A stretch of 35,081 bases of DNA from Eubacteriales bacterium (GTDB lineage: Bacteria; Bacillota; Clostridia; Oscillospirales; CAG-272), in NCBI GenBank assembly GCA_045632545.1, contig JAZQWY010000121.1:1-35081 (forward strand), written 5' to 3'. The notes beneath the pieces were generated by a model that saw only the letters and a program-made list of their open reading frames with translations, did not search any database and was not told where the DNA came from. This document shows positions 34,140 to 35,081 of the stretch, piece by piece (position 1 is the first letter of the stretch; each line of letters begins with the position of its first letter). Position numbers and translations under genes: made by a program.

Positions 34140-34204
34140 GAGTTTTATAACTAAAAATGCTGACAAAGTTTATAAAACCTTATCAGCATCTTAGTTTATT
34201 TTAT

Positions 34205-35081
34205 TTACAGCACACGCTGTAAAAACTGTTTAAGTCTGGGGTGCTTGGGGTTTGAGAAAAACTCCTCGGGCGCTGCCTCCTCGGCGATAACTCCGTCACA
34301 CATAAAGAGTATCCTATCCGCGACTTCACGCGCAAATCCCATCTCGTGGGTAACGACCACCATAGTCATTCCCTCTCTCGCAAGGTCCTTCATTAGCTCA
34401 AGCACTTCGCCGACCATCTCGGGGTCGAGCGCCGAGGTGGGCTCGTCAAAGAGCATTATCTCAGGGTTCATAGCGAGCGCGCGGATTATAGCAACTCTCT
34501 GCTTCTGTCCGCCCGAGAGCTTAGAGGGATACTCGTCTCTTTTATCCAAAAGACCTATTCTATCCAGAAGCTGTACCGCCTTTGCCTCTGCCTCCTCCTT
34601 TGTCATCAGCTTCAGCTGAAGCGGAGCGAGCATAAGGTTCTGGATAACCGTAAGATTATTGAAAAGGTTGAAGTGCTGGAAAACCATACCCATTTTCTGA
34701 CGGGCAAGGTTTATATCAACGGTATACTGCTTTTCAACGTTTTTCAGCTCTCGCTTATAGTCGCTTCCCTCTCGCTTTTTAAGAAGGTCCTTTTCCTTGA
34801 TCTGGCGTATGATGCTTTCCTTATCCGCGCCCTGATTTTCAGCTACCATTTTTTTATAGGTGTTGGAAGCCTCGATAACGTTCACGTGCAGATAAGGGTC
34901 TGCGGGAGTAAGCAGCCTATCGTTCAGCCATATCTCACCGTAGGTAGGCTCCTCAAGAAGGTTCATACAGCGAAGCATTGTGCTCTTTCCGCCGCCCGAA
35001 GGACCGATAATAACGACCTTCTCACCGCGCTTTATCTCACATGATGCGCCATTAAGAACCTTTATTTCTCCCTTTTTTCCA
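34205..35081 (-). CDS. Amino-acid (polar, GlnQ-type) ABC transporter ATP-binding protein; the 5' end lies off the window
   Basis: The frame stays open to the right edge. My translation of the edge reads [34 protein letters not shown] (Walker A). It continues with the Q-loop MVFQHFNLF, the signature LSGGQKQR and Walker [12 protein letters not shown]. Confidence 0.88.
   Translation of the reverse strand, partial: GKKGEIKVLNGASCEIKRGEKVVIIGPSGGGKSTMLRCMNLLEEPTYGEIWLNDRLLTPADPYLHVNVIEASNTYKKMVAENQGADKESIIRQIKEKDLLKKREGSDYKRELKNVEKQYTVDINLARQKMGMVFQHFNLFNNLTVIQNLMLAPLQLKLMTKEEAEAKAVQLLDRIGLLDKRDEYPSKLSGGQKQRVAIIRALAMNPEIMLFDEPTSALDPEMVGEVLELMKDLAREGMTMVVVTHEMGFAREVADRILFMCDGVIAEEAAPEEFFSNPKHPRLKQFLQRVL

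Noticed and set aside
1-35081. A search for CRISPR arrays, intact IS elements or transposases, reverse transcriptases, toxin-antitoxin pairs or known defence-gene signatures
   Set aside because: I saw none on either strand. The only mobile-element traces are the short recombinase relics next to the two tRNA genes.

Overview
This 35-kb window looks like a chromosomal segment of an anaerobic, probably spore-forming Firmicute of the Clostridia type, at mid-40s to 50% GC. That placement rests on NfnAB, desulfoferrodoxin, a SpoIVFB-like M50 protease and a DUF421/DUF4363 pair.

Most of the window is housekeeping or central metabolism:
- malQ (partial), polA and tRNA-Ser(CGA).
- A cyclase/MmcQ pair, a large lipoprotein and DUF421-DUF4363.
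- nfnAB, a zinc-ribbon protein and a sigma-70 family factor.
- A dfx-ferritin operon, a Cof-type HAD phosphatase and a DUF5703/GH95-like glycosidase.
- tRNA-Leu(GAG), an M50 protease, potABCD and an EamA transporter.
- ylxM-ffh-rpsP-KH, glpK, ldh, mgtE and a family-4 UDG.
- An AEC transporter, a sugar-phosphate isomerase and a partial amino-acid ABC ATPase.

Many genes carry near-perfect TTGACA-17-TATAAT promoters and clear rho-independent terminators. I found no CRISPR array, no intact mobile element and no recognisable multi-gene defence system.

The most unusual structure is a small AT-rich islet directly downstream of tRNA-Ser (about 3.27-4.87 kb). It consists of two units, each a cargo gene, then a hairpin, then a tyrosine-recombinase 3'-end relic, and it also holds a partial repeat of the tRNA 3' end. 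A second oddity is a roughly 400-bp hairpin-dense region between tRNA-Leu and the glycosidase gene. It has its own consensus promoter and a possible Xer-like N-terminal relic.

All functional calls come from reading motifs in the translations. No database search was run.
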